Of a stretch of DNA of 64,000 nucleotides, positions 8,496 to 18,827 are shown one piece after another. Numbering within the stretch: position 1 is the stretch's first letter; each line of letters begins with the position of its first letter. The DNA is from Paramoeba atlantica (lineage: Eukaryota > Protista > Discosea), in the NCBI GenBank assembly GCA_977017575.1, contig CDRNVI010000033.1:62001-126000 (forward strand), read 5' to 3'. Under the pieces are notes generated by a model. It made no database searches. It had not been told where the DNA came from and saw only the letters and a program-made list of their open reading frames with translations. A program made the position numbers and the translations under genes.

Positions 8496-10700
8496 ATGAC
8501 GAGCATACAGGTCGCGATTAGATTACGGCCGCTTCTGTCAGGAGAGTCCGGTGCGAATAACATGGAATATCACAGTGAAACAAAGAGAATATTATTCGGG
8601 CCGAAAACGTTTGATTGTGATCATCTGCTCAGCCCTGACTATAGCCAAGATAAAGTATTTCAGCAGTGTTGCCGTCCTACTCTAGATTCCATTCGCGATG
8701 GCTCGCAGGGTACGATTATGGTTTATGGGCAAACAGGAACAGGTAAAACACATACGATTTTCGGATCTGATCCGAAGAAAATGGATGGAATATTTTTTCT
8801 CTGCGTTTCACATCTCTTAGAGCGAATTCAAGACAGTCCATCGACGTTGTCTGTGTCTGTGGTTGAGGTGTACATGGAAAAAGTAACTGATTTGCAGACT
8901 GGGAAAGAGATTCCTGTATATCACGGAGCTGCACGAAATTTGACATGGTCCATAATATGTTCATTGCAACAATCCGCAGATATTATTTTTGGTGCGCTGC
9001 GAAGCCGTCATGTTGCCAGCACGTCAATGAATGAGAGAAGCAGCCGAAGTCACGTAATCGTAAACATGAAAATTTTGCGTCGGAAGAGCGTTGAGGTGTC
9101 CGACGAAGACTTGGCCGACGAAGCTGAGATTACGCTAAATGAATCGCATCTTGCCTTAGTTGATCTAGCAGGCTCAGAGTGTGTGGGTAAAAGCAAAGCG
9201 CAAGGGAAGACCATGCAAGAGGCGTCTTCGATAAATCGCAGCTTACTGGCATTGAAGAAAATCATACTGGACCTCTCATCTCCGAATCCTCCTTCGCACA
9301 TATCTTATCGGGATTCGAAACTGACCGAGCTCTTGCAGGACTCAATAGGCGGTTTTAGTCGGACCCTACTAATAGCTTGTGTATCCTCTAGCTCTAGGGA
9401 TATTGAAGAAACGAAATCTACCCTGGAATATGCCACAAAGGCACGCTTAATTAAGAATTTGGTTAATTCCGAGAAAGAGAAATTGCAACTAAAGATCAAA
9501 GGCCTGCAATATGAATTGCAGAAAGCAAAAAACAAGCTTGAAATTCAAGCGAATGAACGAGGACACGTCGTTATCACAAAGTCGGAGTACGACGACCTTT
9601 TACGAAGAGGCAGTCGTATCGAGGAGCTGGAAGAAGCACTAAAAGATGCACTTCAAAGTGCGGAGAAACGATTGAATGTTGTAGAATTTAACCAAGGTCT
9701 TATGAAAAAACTTCGTGAATCATTGAGACTAAAGGACGAAGAAATCAGCAATTTACACGCTCGCGTTAGCGGTGTAGAACATCGTCTTTTACCGCTATTC
9801 GAGAATTGCACTAATAGATTGGAGAACCTTCTTTGTGAGGAAGCGGATGCCGTGAATGAAAAAGTTGCTCAAATGCACTCTTCATACATTTCACACGCTC
9901 CTGAACTTTCCCCACAATGGGATTTGCTTGAAACCAAATTTTCTTCCGTGCTTGCAGAATTTCGCGACAACATAAACGAGCAGTTTACTGATATTCGGAA
10001 CACTGTGCAAGGCGTAATCAAGGCAGCTCCCTCAGCTGTTGACGTACAGGAATACAGAGACATTATCCCGGAACTACGGCGTAGTGCTGAGCGAACTTTA
10101 GAATTACTTAGTACTGTTGATAAGCGGGGAGATATGCTTCATGCTGTAACAAATGAAATGCAACAATATGCGGAAACATCGCATTCACATATTTTAGCCT
10201 CTCAGGCGGCTATTCGAGAAGATCGCTCGGAGAGAATATTGGTTCCTTGCGTACGAAAAATGCTGAAGGACTGCCAAGACGAATATTTCGCTCACGTGAA
10301 CCAAGATTCGTTGAAACTTCAAGAAAGGGAATTTTCATTTACTGGCCTGCGAGAGACTATGCATGAATTTCATGCACAAGCTGTGGAAATAACTAATGAA
10401 GAATGTAATCCAGAGAAACGTGCCCGGTTACCTCATGGCTCAGCAAGAGACACGACAAGTAGCTCCCGTTCCACCCTGCGTCGGGACATTTACGCGCGAG
10501 AAACAGACAGCCAAAAAGGATGCTCAGTAAAGGAGTCGCGAGCAGCTAGCGTGCAGCCGAGCAGCTCTGTAACAAATACCGAACACACCACTCCAAGGGC
10601 CGCGAGTGCATCCTATGAGCTGCCTAGCCTAAAAGACAAATCGTGGAATAGAAAGCGACCACTTACCAACGCTACGAATAAGACTGTACTCAAAAAATGA
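8496..10700 (+). CDS. N-terminal-motor kinesin with coiled-coil stalk (possibly kinesin-5-like)
   Basis: GQTGTGKT P-loop, NERSSRSH, DLAGSE, ISYRDSKLT, EETKSTLEYA. Confidence 0.93.
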   Translation: MTSIQVAIRLRPLLSGESGANNMEYHSETKRILFGPKTFDCDHLLSPDYSQDKVFQQCCRPTLDSIRDGSQGTIMVYGQTGTGKTHTIFGSDPKKMDGIFFLCVSHLLERIQDSPSTLSVSVVEVYMEKVTDLQTGKEIPVYHGAARNLTWSIICSLQQSADIIFGALRSRHVASTSMNERSSRSHVIVNMKILRRKSVEVSDEDLADEAEITLNESHLALVDLAGSECVGKSKAQGKTMQEASSINRSLLALKKIILDLSSPNPPSHISYRDSKLTELLQDSIGGFSRTLLIACVSSSSRDIEETKSTLEYATKARLIKNLVNSEKEKLQLKIKGLQYELQKAKNKLEIQANERGHVVITKSEYDDLLRRGSRIEELEEALKDALQSAEKRLNVVEFNQGLMKKLRESLRLKDEEISNLHARVSGVEHRLLPLFENCTNRLENLLCEEADAVNEKVAQMHSSYISHAPELSPQWDLLETKFSSVLAEFRDNINEQFTDIRNTVQGVIKAAPSAVDVQEYRDIIPELRRSAERTLELLSTVDKRGDMLHAVTNEMQQYAETSHSHILASQAAIREDRSERILVPCVRKMLKDCQDEYFAHVNQDSLKLQEREFSFTGLRETMHEFHAQAVEITNEECNPEKRARLPHGSARDTTSSSRSTLRRDIYARETDSQKGCSVKESRAASVQPSSSVTNTEHTTPRAASASYELPSLKDKSWNRKRPLTNATNKTVLKK

Positions 10701-11983
10701 GTAAGACGTCGCAAATATTTTCCTATGGGAACTGACTTCTCTACTCTGTATTTCATTCTCCTCGTTCTCCTTGTCTAGCATCATCATCGTATGACTTGCC
10801 TTAAGGTCTACTATAAAAATGAAAAAGTGTTCCTTTCGGATTAAATGTTTTACACTCTGTATGCGCCAGATGGTATTCTTTTAGACATACAAGCGCACCA
10901 CTTTACCTGTATCAAGGACCCTTCATCACCTACCCTACATCCCTCCGAAACTAAAACCATCTCCTTTTTCTTTTTACCCACCTCATCTTCAAACCTCATA
11001 AAATTAGCCTCAGGGGTCCGAATAACTATAAAACTTTATTATAGGTACTTTAAAGTAACTATATAATTTTTCCCTACCTTTATCTACCTATATTTTTTTG
11101 TCAATGATTTGCACTGGAATCGTACTATTTTATTGAAATTTTTCAATGCCTGGGCTCTCGGGTAATACAGAAAGTCGAGCTAAATTTGTCCAGCGTTATT
11201 AGCAATAAGGCCTTGTACTACTTACAAGGAGGTGGAGGCCGGAAAACAATTTCTGAATGTCGGCTCTGTAGTTCAAAAGCGGAACTTTGTTTGCGAAAAA
11301 GGCACTCGGACCTCGTACTCTTCAGCCCTGAGTCATAGTGAAGGAGAAGCGAGTCAGAAAGCGGAAGACGGAAAATGCTGTTGAAAGTGCAAATTTATGT
11401 CAAGTCCTATAAACCTTTCAAAGGTGTTCGAAACCATGATATAATGGAAGTGTGATCATGGAGTATGAAACGCGGCCATTCAGGATCCATTGTAGCAGAC
11501 ACTGGCTATTCCCATAGTAGAACAACATGTTCAATATGCGTCTTGTGTTCTGGAAATGCTACAATCTGGAGTCAAGTGGTAGTGGAAATTTTAGAAGCAG
11601 AAACATTGATAACATTGTTCAACAATGTAATCGTTGATATCGCATGGCTTATCAACGCCGATCAGAGAAGGCCTGGTGGAAGTGTTTTCCACGTCTGATG
11701 CTGATGAAGCTTGTTCGGCACTATAACTGCCTGAAAACTATACCTGTGCAAGATTGTTTCCTAAGTAGGTAATCAGAAAAATCATTCCCTCCAACAAGGC
11801 CTACTCTCCGCGACCCGAGCACCCAGACTGCACAGATTCCCCACCCAAATGGCACAAAGAGTCGACCGCTAAAATTATAGGTACATAAAACTTTAAAGGT
11901 AGTATAGGTACTTTATAGTATCTTTATTTCTTTTTTTCCTAAAAACAGCCTAAAACAACTCTACCCCATCTTCTCTATCCTCG

Positions 11984-12754
11984 ATGAAACCCCAGCAACA
12001 CCAACAAAACCCCCCTCCCCCACCCCCCTCCCCCACCTTTCCCTCCCCCTCCCCCACCGTCTACGACCTCACGCACGACCTCCACGCCTCCCACCCCGTC
12101 TGGCCGGGCCGTCTCCCGCTCCGCCGCACCCGCGACACCTCCGTCCCCACCGAGGGCTACGCCACCGAGCACTACACCCTCGGCGGGGACTGCGGCACCC
12201 ACGTCGACGCCCCCGCCCACTTCTTCCCCCACCTCCCCCCCCTCGACCGCATCCCCCCCCACCGCCTTGTCGCCCCCTTGGTCGTGGTGGACGTCGCGGA
12301 GAGGTGTCGCGGGGACCCGACCTACGGGCTGGGGGTACGCGACATAGCGGAGTGGGAGGGGAGGTACGGGGGGATCCCGCACGGGGCGCTGGTGTGTATG
12401 CGCTCCGGGTTTGATGAGAGGTTTGAGAAGGGGGGGGGGAGGGGGGAGGGGGGGGGAGATGAGTATTGTAACGCCATGAGGTTTCCGGGGTGGAGTGCGG
12501 AAGCGGCGAGGTATTTGGTGGAACGTGGGGAGGGGGATTCGATTGTGGGTATTGGGGTGGATACGTTGTCCACGGATGTGGGTACGGATGAGAGTTTTCC
12601 GGTGCATAACATTGTACTGGGCGCGGGATTGTATCAGGTGGAGAATTTAAACTTGCGTAATGTTCCGGTCGTGGGGTGCACGGTGGTTGTGGCTCCATTG
12701 CGGATTCGTGGCGCCCCAGAATCCCCGGCGAGGGTGATCGCGTTTTACAGGTGA
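11984..12754 (+). CDS. cyclase family metal-dependent hydrolase (kynurenine formamidase-like)
   Basis: GTHVDAPAH, GIGVDTLSTD, HNIVLGAG...QVENL, PLRIRGAPESPARVIA. Confidence 0.88.
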   Translation: MKPQQHQQNPPPPPPSPTFPSPSPTVYDLTHDLHASHPVWPGRLPLRRTRDTSVPTEGYATEHYTLGGDCGTHVDAPAHFFPHLPPLDRIPPHRLVAPLVVVDVAERCRGDPTYGLGVRDIAEWEGRYGGIPHGALVCMRSGFDERFEKGGGRGEGGGDEYCNAMRFPGWSAEAARYLVERGEGDSIVGIGVDTLSTDVGTDESFPVHNIVLGAGLYQVENLNLRNVPVVGCTVVVAPLRIRGAPESPARVIAFYR

Positions 12755-12968
12755 GTCCTGTTGAGCTTATGAGGCCTACAGTAGTAGTGCTCGCTAAGGT
12801 CCAAAACAAGGCAAATGTCCTCTTAACCTTCCATCCCCACCTTTTAATAGTCCTATACAGTATTTTGCTTTTGACTGATATTCGGTTAGGTAATGCACGA
12901 TTGTAGTAATTTGTTTTTGTTTTTCGAATAGGAAACTTTCGTGAAAAGACTTGTTCTATCTATGAAAA

Positions 12969-13748
12969 ATGCATAGAGCAACTGGACAACGGCTTTGCTC
13001 ACTTCAATCAGCGCAGATGTTTAGTGTCCCACGTTGGGCGCCACGGAAAACGTACTCCGTCAACCTGAGTAATTATTTAAATGGATTGTACTGCTATCCG
13101 ATAGATAGTTTTTTGCAACGACACGCGAAAGCCACGTCCGAGGAGAATATTTTGTGGCGCACCAAGTTTTTGGTTGTGAAGGACTCCAAAGTGCATGGAG
13201 TATATCAACCGCCGTGTGCTCACCCCCTTCCGGTTTCGTTTGCTCCTGAAGGTATTGCCCTAGAGGATTACAAAAATTTTGTTGCCGCACACGACGGAAA
13301 CGTTTTCGTACTTATTGCCAGTCGTCTCACCATTATGTGTGGTTTTTTGCGTCACGATGGCACCTGGGCAAAAAGGCCCTGGATCCACCCTATTGATTCC
13401 GTCTCCCGCGCGAACAGAATGCGAACCACTCGAAACTCTTCCGCGTTTCGTGAGATGTGCAACTTCTTTAACGCGCACACAGCAGAGATCGAGGCCGCGG
13501 CAACGCTGTACTTCCGTGTCTCCCCCGAGCACATAGTGTTAAATCCCACTTCGGAGCACTGCAAACGACAAGCCATGGTTGAGCACCACTCCGCGGTGAT
13601 TTGGGGGGACCAGTTGGAGAATAACCAAACGATCCCCTTTGGGGCCGATCCCAGGTGGGCGCCCCTCCCCTCTTGCGGGTGGGAGCAGCTGTTTCACACG
13701 GACGGGGTGCTACGTTTCATGAACAATGGCATTGTAGAGGTCGCGTAG
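12969..13748 (+). CDS. hypothetical protein, possibly mitochondrial
   Basis: 259 aa ORF co-oriented with the cluster; Arg/Ser-rich, acid-free N-terminus. Confidence 0.7.
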   Translation: MHRATGQRLCSLQSAQMFSVPRWAPRKTYSVNLSNYLNGLYCYPIDSFLQRHAKATSEENILWRTKFLVVKDSKVHGVYQPPCAHPLPVSFAPEGIALEDYKNFVAAHDGNVFVLIASRLTIMCGFLRHDGTWAKRPWIHPIDSVSRANRMRTTRNSSAFREMCNFFNAHTAEIEAAATLYFRVSPEHIVLNPTSEHCKRQAMVEHHSAVIWGDQLENNQTIPFGADPRWAPLPSCGWEQLFHTDGVLRFMNNGIVEVA

Positions 13749-14087
13749 GTCGTGAGAGGGTTTAACGGGGTGATCATTCTACCAGTCTACTACTGTTTCT
13801 CTGCGTTCGAAAATGCACTGGTTTTTTCTCGTATTGTTCACTTTTTGTGCTCTCGACTTGGAGCGATTACATTTCTGGGGAATAGTGGACAGTAACAAAA
13901 TAACAAAAATTAACGAAAAGAGTTTTGAAGAAGACTGTAGGTCCACGTTCAACGCATCTGGAATCTTAAAGCATAACTGTAACCTTATCATACATGTATT
14001 CAATATTCTAGTTCACTGTCGTGTACCTCTTTTAATATGTGCATGCATATGACGTAAATCATATTTCCCATATTCTAAAGCGCTTTA

Positions 14088-14366
14088 ATGGGGTTCAATC
14101 TTACCGATATTTTGAGAGCTTCTCTGTTGATAGTAAATAGCATGGCAATTCTTTCTGAGCGGAGATTTCTTGCGAAATGGGGGATGGCCTCGCACGATGT
14201 AATGCGATCGCTCCAAACCATTAATACTAACGACATTGATGGGCAATTTGAACCTGGTTTGAGAACTCAAGTCGCCAACATCTTGAGCAGTGTCCGCCTT
14301 ATACTCCGAATTCCACTGATTATCATAAACGTTCTCGCAATAATACTGGGAATAATCCTTGGATAA
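14088..14366 (+). CDS. YOS1: Yos1/IER3IP1 ER-Golgi transport protein
   Basis: LLIVNSMAILSERRFLAKWG and SVRLILRIPLIIIN plus a C-terminal hydrophobic segment. Confidence 0.88.
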   Translation: MGFNLTDILRASLLIVNSMAILSERRFLAKWGMASHDVMRSLQTINTNDIDGQFEPGLRTQVANILSSVRLILRIPLIIINVLAIILGIILG

Positions 14367-14606
14367 GACACATATGCTAAAATTTTACATGCGATATGTA
14401 ATTTATTTTGTCGGTCTGATATCTACGACACGGTAGATAAAGTGGTTACATGTGTAACATGTCAGTGTAACGCAACATTTTTTTAAGTATTAAGTGATCA
14501 TAAATTACCTTTTCTAAGCTCCAATGGTGCTTCAATATCGATATTCCTTGCTTATAGGACGGATTTTTGCACCACAAAATGCATTCCTTGTGATAAAATG
14601 TAAAGC

Positions 14607-15542
14607 ATGAACTTTCGTTCCGAACCTGTCGACCGCACCAAGGATTTGTTTCAGTATATAAAGATTCGACAAGACACACAGATCGACAAGCCATTTCACA
14701 GAAAAAGGTCTGCACACCATCCGCATGGGTCAGAAAAAACTGCGTCGACAGCAGCAAGTAGATCCTTTTCCCCTCCAGATTTGACACCCATGACATTTGT
14801 CGCGCACTCTATGACACTCGCTGAGCAGATTTCTGCAACACAGGATATGGTCCACAATTTAACCGAAGCAGTAGCGGGTTCTAATCGCTTTGGGAACGTT
14901 TTTGACGACGCTACACGTGATGTCCAGGAGCTGATATCGCTTATTCGACGTTCGCTAAAGGAAATTCAACACGAAACAGAATCTTTGGCTCGCAAGAGAT
15001 CTCAGACAATCAGGTATAGTAGCGAGCAAGAAGCTCAGAACGAAGATGTCATCGTTCATTCGTTACGGTTAAGACACATGAAACTTGCCAAGTCATTTCA
15101 AAATCAGTTAGCACTTCGCACCAAGGCGCTTGCCGAGGTGAATAAGCGACGTAGTAGATATGTTTATCACGGATCTGATCGCAATACTCTATTTAGCTCT
15201 GACGAAAGAGGTTCTGTCGAATCTACTACGTTAAAGCTAGAAGAAACCGCATCTCAAACTCGGGATTTTTCACAGAGGGCAAAAGCTGCACATGGCCTTG
15301 AGAAATCTGTTCATCAGCTTTCGGATGTTTTTCAAGATTTTACCCGCTTAGTAACCGAACAGGAATCACTGTTGTTGCGAATAGATGACGAGACGGAATG
15401 GTCACTAGGAGCCGTGCAAACGGGTCAGGGAGAACTACTCCGATATTTTCATAGCTTGCGGTCCAATCGGGGATTTATTCTTCAAGTCCTCTCTATTCTT
15501 TTAGGATTCGTATTGATTATTGGAATGGTTGTCCTCAAATAA
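14607..15542 (+). CDS. STX5: syntaxin-5-like Qa-SNARE
   Basis: Habc-like helices, SNARE motif (LSDVFQDFTRLVTEQESLLLRID), RYFHSLRSNR, C-terminal TM anchor. Confidence 0.8.
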   Translation: MNFRSEPVDRTKDLFQYIKIRQDTQIDKPFHRKRSAHHPHGSEKTASTAASRSFSPPDLTPMTFVAHSMTLAEQISATQDMVHNLTEAVAGSNRFGNVFDDATRDVQELISLIRRSLKEIQHETESLARKRSQTIRYSSEQEAQNEDVIVHSLRLRHMKLAKSFQNQLALRTKALAEVNKRRSRYVYHGSDRNTLFSSDERGSVESTTLKLEETASQTRDFSQRAKAAHGLEKSVHQLSDVFQDFTRLVTEQESLLLRIDDETEWSLGAVQTGQGELLRYFHSLRSNRGFILQVLSILLGFVLIIGMVVLK

Positions 15543-15669
15543 CAACAAGTAACAGAACTTTTAAACTTTGTTTGATTTCACGCCATTAGCCCCCTTCACC
15601 CTCAAACAACGTTCTGTTTGTCACTTAGCAAAAATCAGATTAATTTTAACTTTTCTCCTGTGTATCGAT

Positions 15670-17523
15670 ATGTCGATCAGCTCCTTCGGCCGCGTGCTTT
15701 CAAAATTAAAAAAGGAACATGGAGGACAACCCCCACCCCCTCGTGACAAACAACACCCCCCTATTCCTCCCCATTTACTTTCCCACCCCGGAACCGGTCA
15801 TGACCCGTACGACTCCCATCCTCCCCCGCACCCCCCGTCCTACCGCATGGACGCCCACTCTCGTGAGTCCCACCCCCCACCCTACCCCTACCCCACCCAC
15901 GAGTCCTACAATCCCGGTCACTGGCCAAACCACGAACGACCTCGAGAGTCTCCCATCGACCCCCGGAGTTACCCGCCCTCACTACAATCCTACGGGCCGC
16001 CTCGGCCGTCTATTGGAGAAGACATCCTGCCGGAGGTCCCGTTAGGAACTTCGTTCTCCCATCTCGGGGCTCCGATGACCAGCTCTCCGACGACAAGCTC
16101 CTCTCTCGGCAGCCATCTTGACGGTTTCGGGTCCTCAAGAGCCCGTTCTCCTCGACTACAGGGAGCTCTCCCCTCCTCGATCCCAGCCATCCCTTCCCCG
16201 TCTTCGTCTTCTGTTCCTTCGCCTGTGGACACAACCAATGCAGGGATTGAGGTCACACTACAAAAAGCAACCCCCCAGGACCCCCTGGGGCTAAACTTAA
16301 ATGAGAATTTAGTGGTCGTGGGGATCCACGAGAACTCGGTAGCCTATCGAGCGCACGTCCCGCTGCGTCATCGTGTGGTGCTGGTCAATGGGCAGCTGGT
16401 GAGTAATTTGGACCAGTTCCGACATGCCCTGGCCACCGACGGTAGTGGGTTGGACATTAAACTAAGGCTATCGCCCACGGTGCTGCGTAGTCAGTTGAAC
16501 CAGGAGCTACTGGATAAAGTCGTGGCGAGGATAATTTCTGGGGAGGAGATTGATTTAGAGGCACTGAAGGCTAACGTGCGGTATGAGTTTCTCCATGAGG
16601 CAAGTCCGTTTCACAGTGCCTTTACACGTCGGTTAGAGGCAGCGCGCAGGGTGATGAAATATTTGGATGATTTCGAGGTTTCGTTGGAAGAAACGGACGA
16701 GTTTGAGGCAGCGAAAGAATGCACCGATGAGGAGCTAGACGCCGCGCTGAAGTGGCTTGATACATTTGATCCTCCGAAAACTACGTCCGGTGAAGACGCT
16801 GCCCCCTCTACAGGGTCGGCGAGTATTCCTAGTGAGTGGATCTCTGAAACAGGACTTGGTATTGCTGAGAAAGGTCCGTATGGAAATGAGGTGGGTGGGA
16901 ATTTGCCCACGCCCTCGGCCTCCGAAGGACTTCCTTCTCATCCGGTGGCTGTTGTAGTGAACGCACCGATGGCAGAGCTCCCGCCCAGCGCCCCCGTAGC
17001 GAACGCCCTGGCATCTGTGAATGATGCAGCCATGCCTGCGATCGATAAAACGACGGAACTGACATCACAGACTGGCGGCATCGAGGCACTTAGAACCTTA
17101 CCAGGGAATAAAATAACATCTCTTGCGGAACTTAGTGAGGAGGAAAACTCGGAGGATAATGTGATCATAAATAAGGCACCCCAACCCCCAACCGCGACTC
17201 CCGTGTCCCGCGGCTCACACCGCGAGGGAGAAAAAGGAAAGGATATCACCGAAGATCGTGAAAAGATAAGAAGAGACAAACGAAAAGAGCGTGCCGGTTA
17301 TCAAGAAAATAAGGCTGTTGAAGATCGCTATGCTGCGCGCCGAGCCCGTCACGAGTCCCCTTACCGCAGTCGGTCCCGTTCTCGATCAAGAAAATACAAA
17401 AGGAAGTCTGCTGAAAGGGATAGACGATCGGATCGTGTGCACAGGAAAAGTCCACGACGCACAGAAAGATCGCCGGACAGAAGAGACCGTGAAACAAGAT
17501 CTCGGCGCACAGGTAGGAGATGA
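15670..17523 (+). CDS. Pro-rich / PDZ-like / SURP-like / RS-tail protein
   Basis: PLGLNL...VVLVNG (PDZ-like); LDKVVARI...YEFLHEASPFH (SURP-like); RSRSRSR tail; start moved to ATG 15670. Confidence 0.75.
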   Translation: MSISSFGRVLSKLKKEHGGQPPPPRDKQHPPIPPHLLSHPGTGHDPYDSHPPPHPPSYRMDAHSRESHPPPYPYPTHESYNPGHWPNHERPRESPIDPRSYPPSLQSYGPPRPSIGEDILPEVPLGTSFSHLGAPMTSSPTTSSSLGSHLDGFGSSRARSPRLQGALPSSIPAIPSPSSSSVPSPVDTTNAGIEVTLQKATPQDPLGLNLNENLVVVGIHENSVAYRAHVPLRHRVVLVNGQLVSNLDQFRHALATDGSGLDIKLRLSPTVLRSQLNQELLDKVVARIISGEEIDLEALKANVRYEFLHEASPFHSAFTRRLEAARRVMKYLDDFEVSLEETDEFEAAKECTDEELDAALKWLDTFDPPKTTSGEDAAPSTGSASIPSEWISETGLGIAEKGPYGNEVGGNLPTPSASEGLPSHPVAVVVNAPMAELPPSAPVANALASVNDAAMPAIDKTTELTSQTGGIEALRTLPGNKITSLAELSEEENSEDNVIINKAPQPPTATPVSRGSHREGEKGKDITEDREKIRRDKRKERAGYQENKAVEDRYAARRARHESPYRSRSRSRSRKYKRKSAERDRRSDRVHRKSPRRTERSPDRRDRETRSRRTGRR

Positions 17524-18118
17524 GAAATCGTGTTTAGCCTTTTAGCACTAAAAAATGTTGCATCTTTTTGGTTTTTGTACTCAAATTAGTTCCCAGATCG
17601 TACAGGCGGCTGTACAGGACTGGTACCGCTGCGGGGTACGATAGCTGGGTTAGGGTGGAGTAGCAAAACCTCCAATTAATTAATGTTCGAAAAAAAAAGA
17701 ATCCCCCCCCCCAAAAAAAAAAGTTCGAATTAGTTTGAACTGATTTGAATCACAGTACGTAGTTATCACGCATAAATTGCTCTTATATTCCATGCAAATT
17801 GGGTTTTGAGCATTACCCTTTGTTGGATATTTTTTTTGCGTCGCGACTATGCGCACCACAGTGTACAATATTCTCTCCACTGACGAATTTATTTTGAGTG
17901 ATCTCAGGTGTTGTCATGTTTACCTTTTTGTATGTGTCGGTAAGCTATCTGTCATTCAATTTTTAGCATGGTTCGCGGAAGCTTTAAAACTTTAAATAAA
18001 CTTATTTAAAGTTTTTAGCTGATTTCTTTTTGCGTTTGCACGCAATGATACAATGATTTGTTATCTACTAATCGTGTAGTTGGTACCTCTCCCATACGCA
18101 AAGTACGACAGTACAGAC

Positions 18119-18679
18119 ATGTCGGCGGATTTGGTTAGAAAGAGTCTGACATTCTTAGGACTATGTGGGAAGCCCACCCTAGCTGAAATACGAGTGCAGT
18201 ACCTTCGACTGGCTAAAAAATTTCACCCAGATGTTAATGGGGGCAGCAGCGAGAAAATGAAGCAAATCAATGCGGCCTACGAAGCGATTCAAGCTAATGC
18301 TAGCCTACTGGTCACGCAGGAAGGTCAATCCAAACCTGCAGGCAAAGATATCCCAGAGCGGCCAAAAAAACCACGTTCCCCTTCTGGACTTTATGTAGAT
18401 CTTACGGTAGCTGAAGAGGACAAGGAGCAAGCCTTTAGTCACCCATATTCATACTGTCCGCAGTTTACGTTGCATGATGATATCAATCTCTATCGATCCA
18501 TCCAAATGGGAAATACAGCAAGGCAGGTCGCGAGGTCGTTCGGGATATCTGAAGACGAGGTACGAAATCGAGTGGAATCGCCTCAATTTAAGCGACGCGT
18601 TCTCCTCGCAAAAGCGAAAACGAAGCCCAGACCGCTCGGTAGAAAACGAAACGAATTCTTTGGGTTTCCTCTTGAATGA
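18119..18679 (+). CDS. small J-domain (DnaJ-type) protein
   Basis: YLRLAKKFHPDVNGGSSEKMKQINAAYE; start moved to ATG 18119. Confidence 0.85.
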   Translation: MSADLVRKSLTFLGLCGKPTLAEIRVQYLRLAKKFHPDVNGGSSEKMKQINAAYEAIQANASLLVTQEGQSKPAGKDIPERPKKPRSPSGLYVDLTVAEEDKEQAFSHPYSYCPQFTLHDDINLYRSIQMGNTARQVARSFGISEDEVRNRVESPQFKRRVLLAKAKTKPRPLGRKRNEFFGFPLE

Positions 18680-18827
18680 ATAGCAAAATTTCCTCAATTA
18701 TTGTTTGGCAACAATTGTATCGACACCCATGTTGAGAATTATGCTCTCCAGGAACTTCTACGGTAATAATCCTTGTGAGTAAATGTTGTTTGTATGTGTA
18801 TCTCATGTTTGTGCACATTGTTTGTGA

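Noticed and set aside
12749-12756. Perfect AG|GTGAGT splice donor at the end of the cyclase ORF
   Set aside because: The protein is already complete at this point (SPARVIAFYR*), no downstream exon is evident, and other genes are intron-free
11975-12809. Long minus-strand Pro/Gly-rich ORFs over the cyclase gene (likewise 7251-7970 and 52422-53324)
   Set aside because: Shadow ORFs caused by stop-codon depletion in the GC-rich skew islands; no family motifs
13813-14052. 79-aa + strand ORF and other 60-100 aa spacer ORFs (e.g. 10845, 11465, 23762, 27867)
   Set aside because: Short, no recognisable motifs, compatible with chance in spacers
17647-17655. GGGTTAGGG telomere-like motif
   Set aside because: Only ~1.5 units; expected by chance
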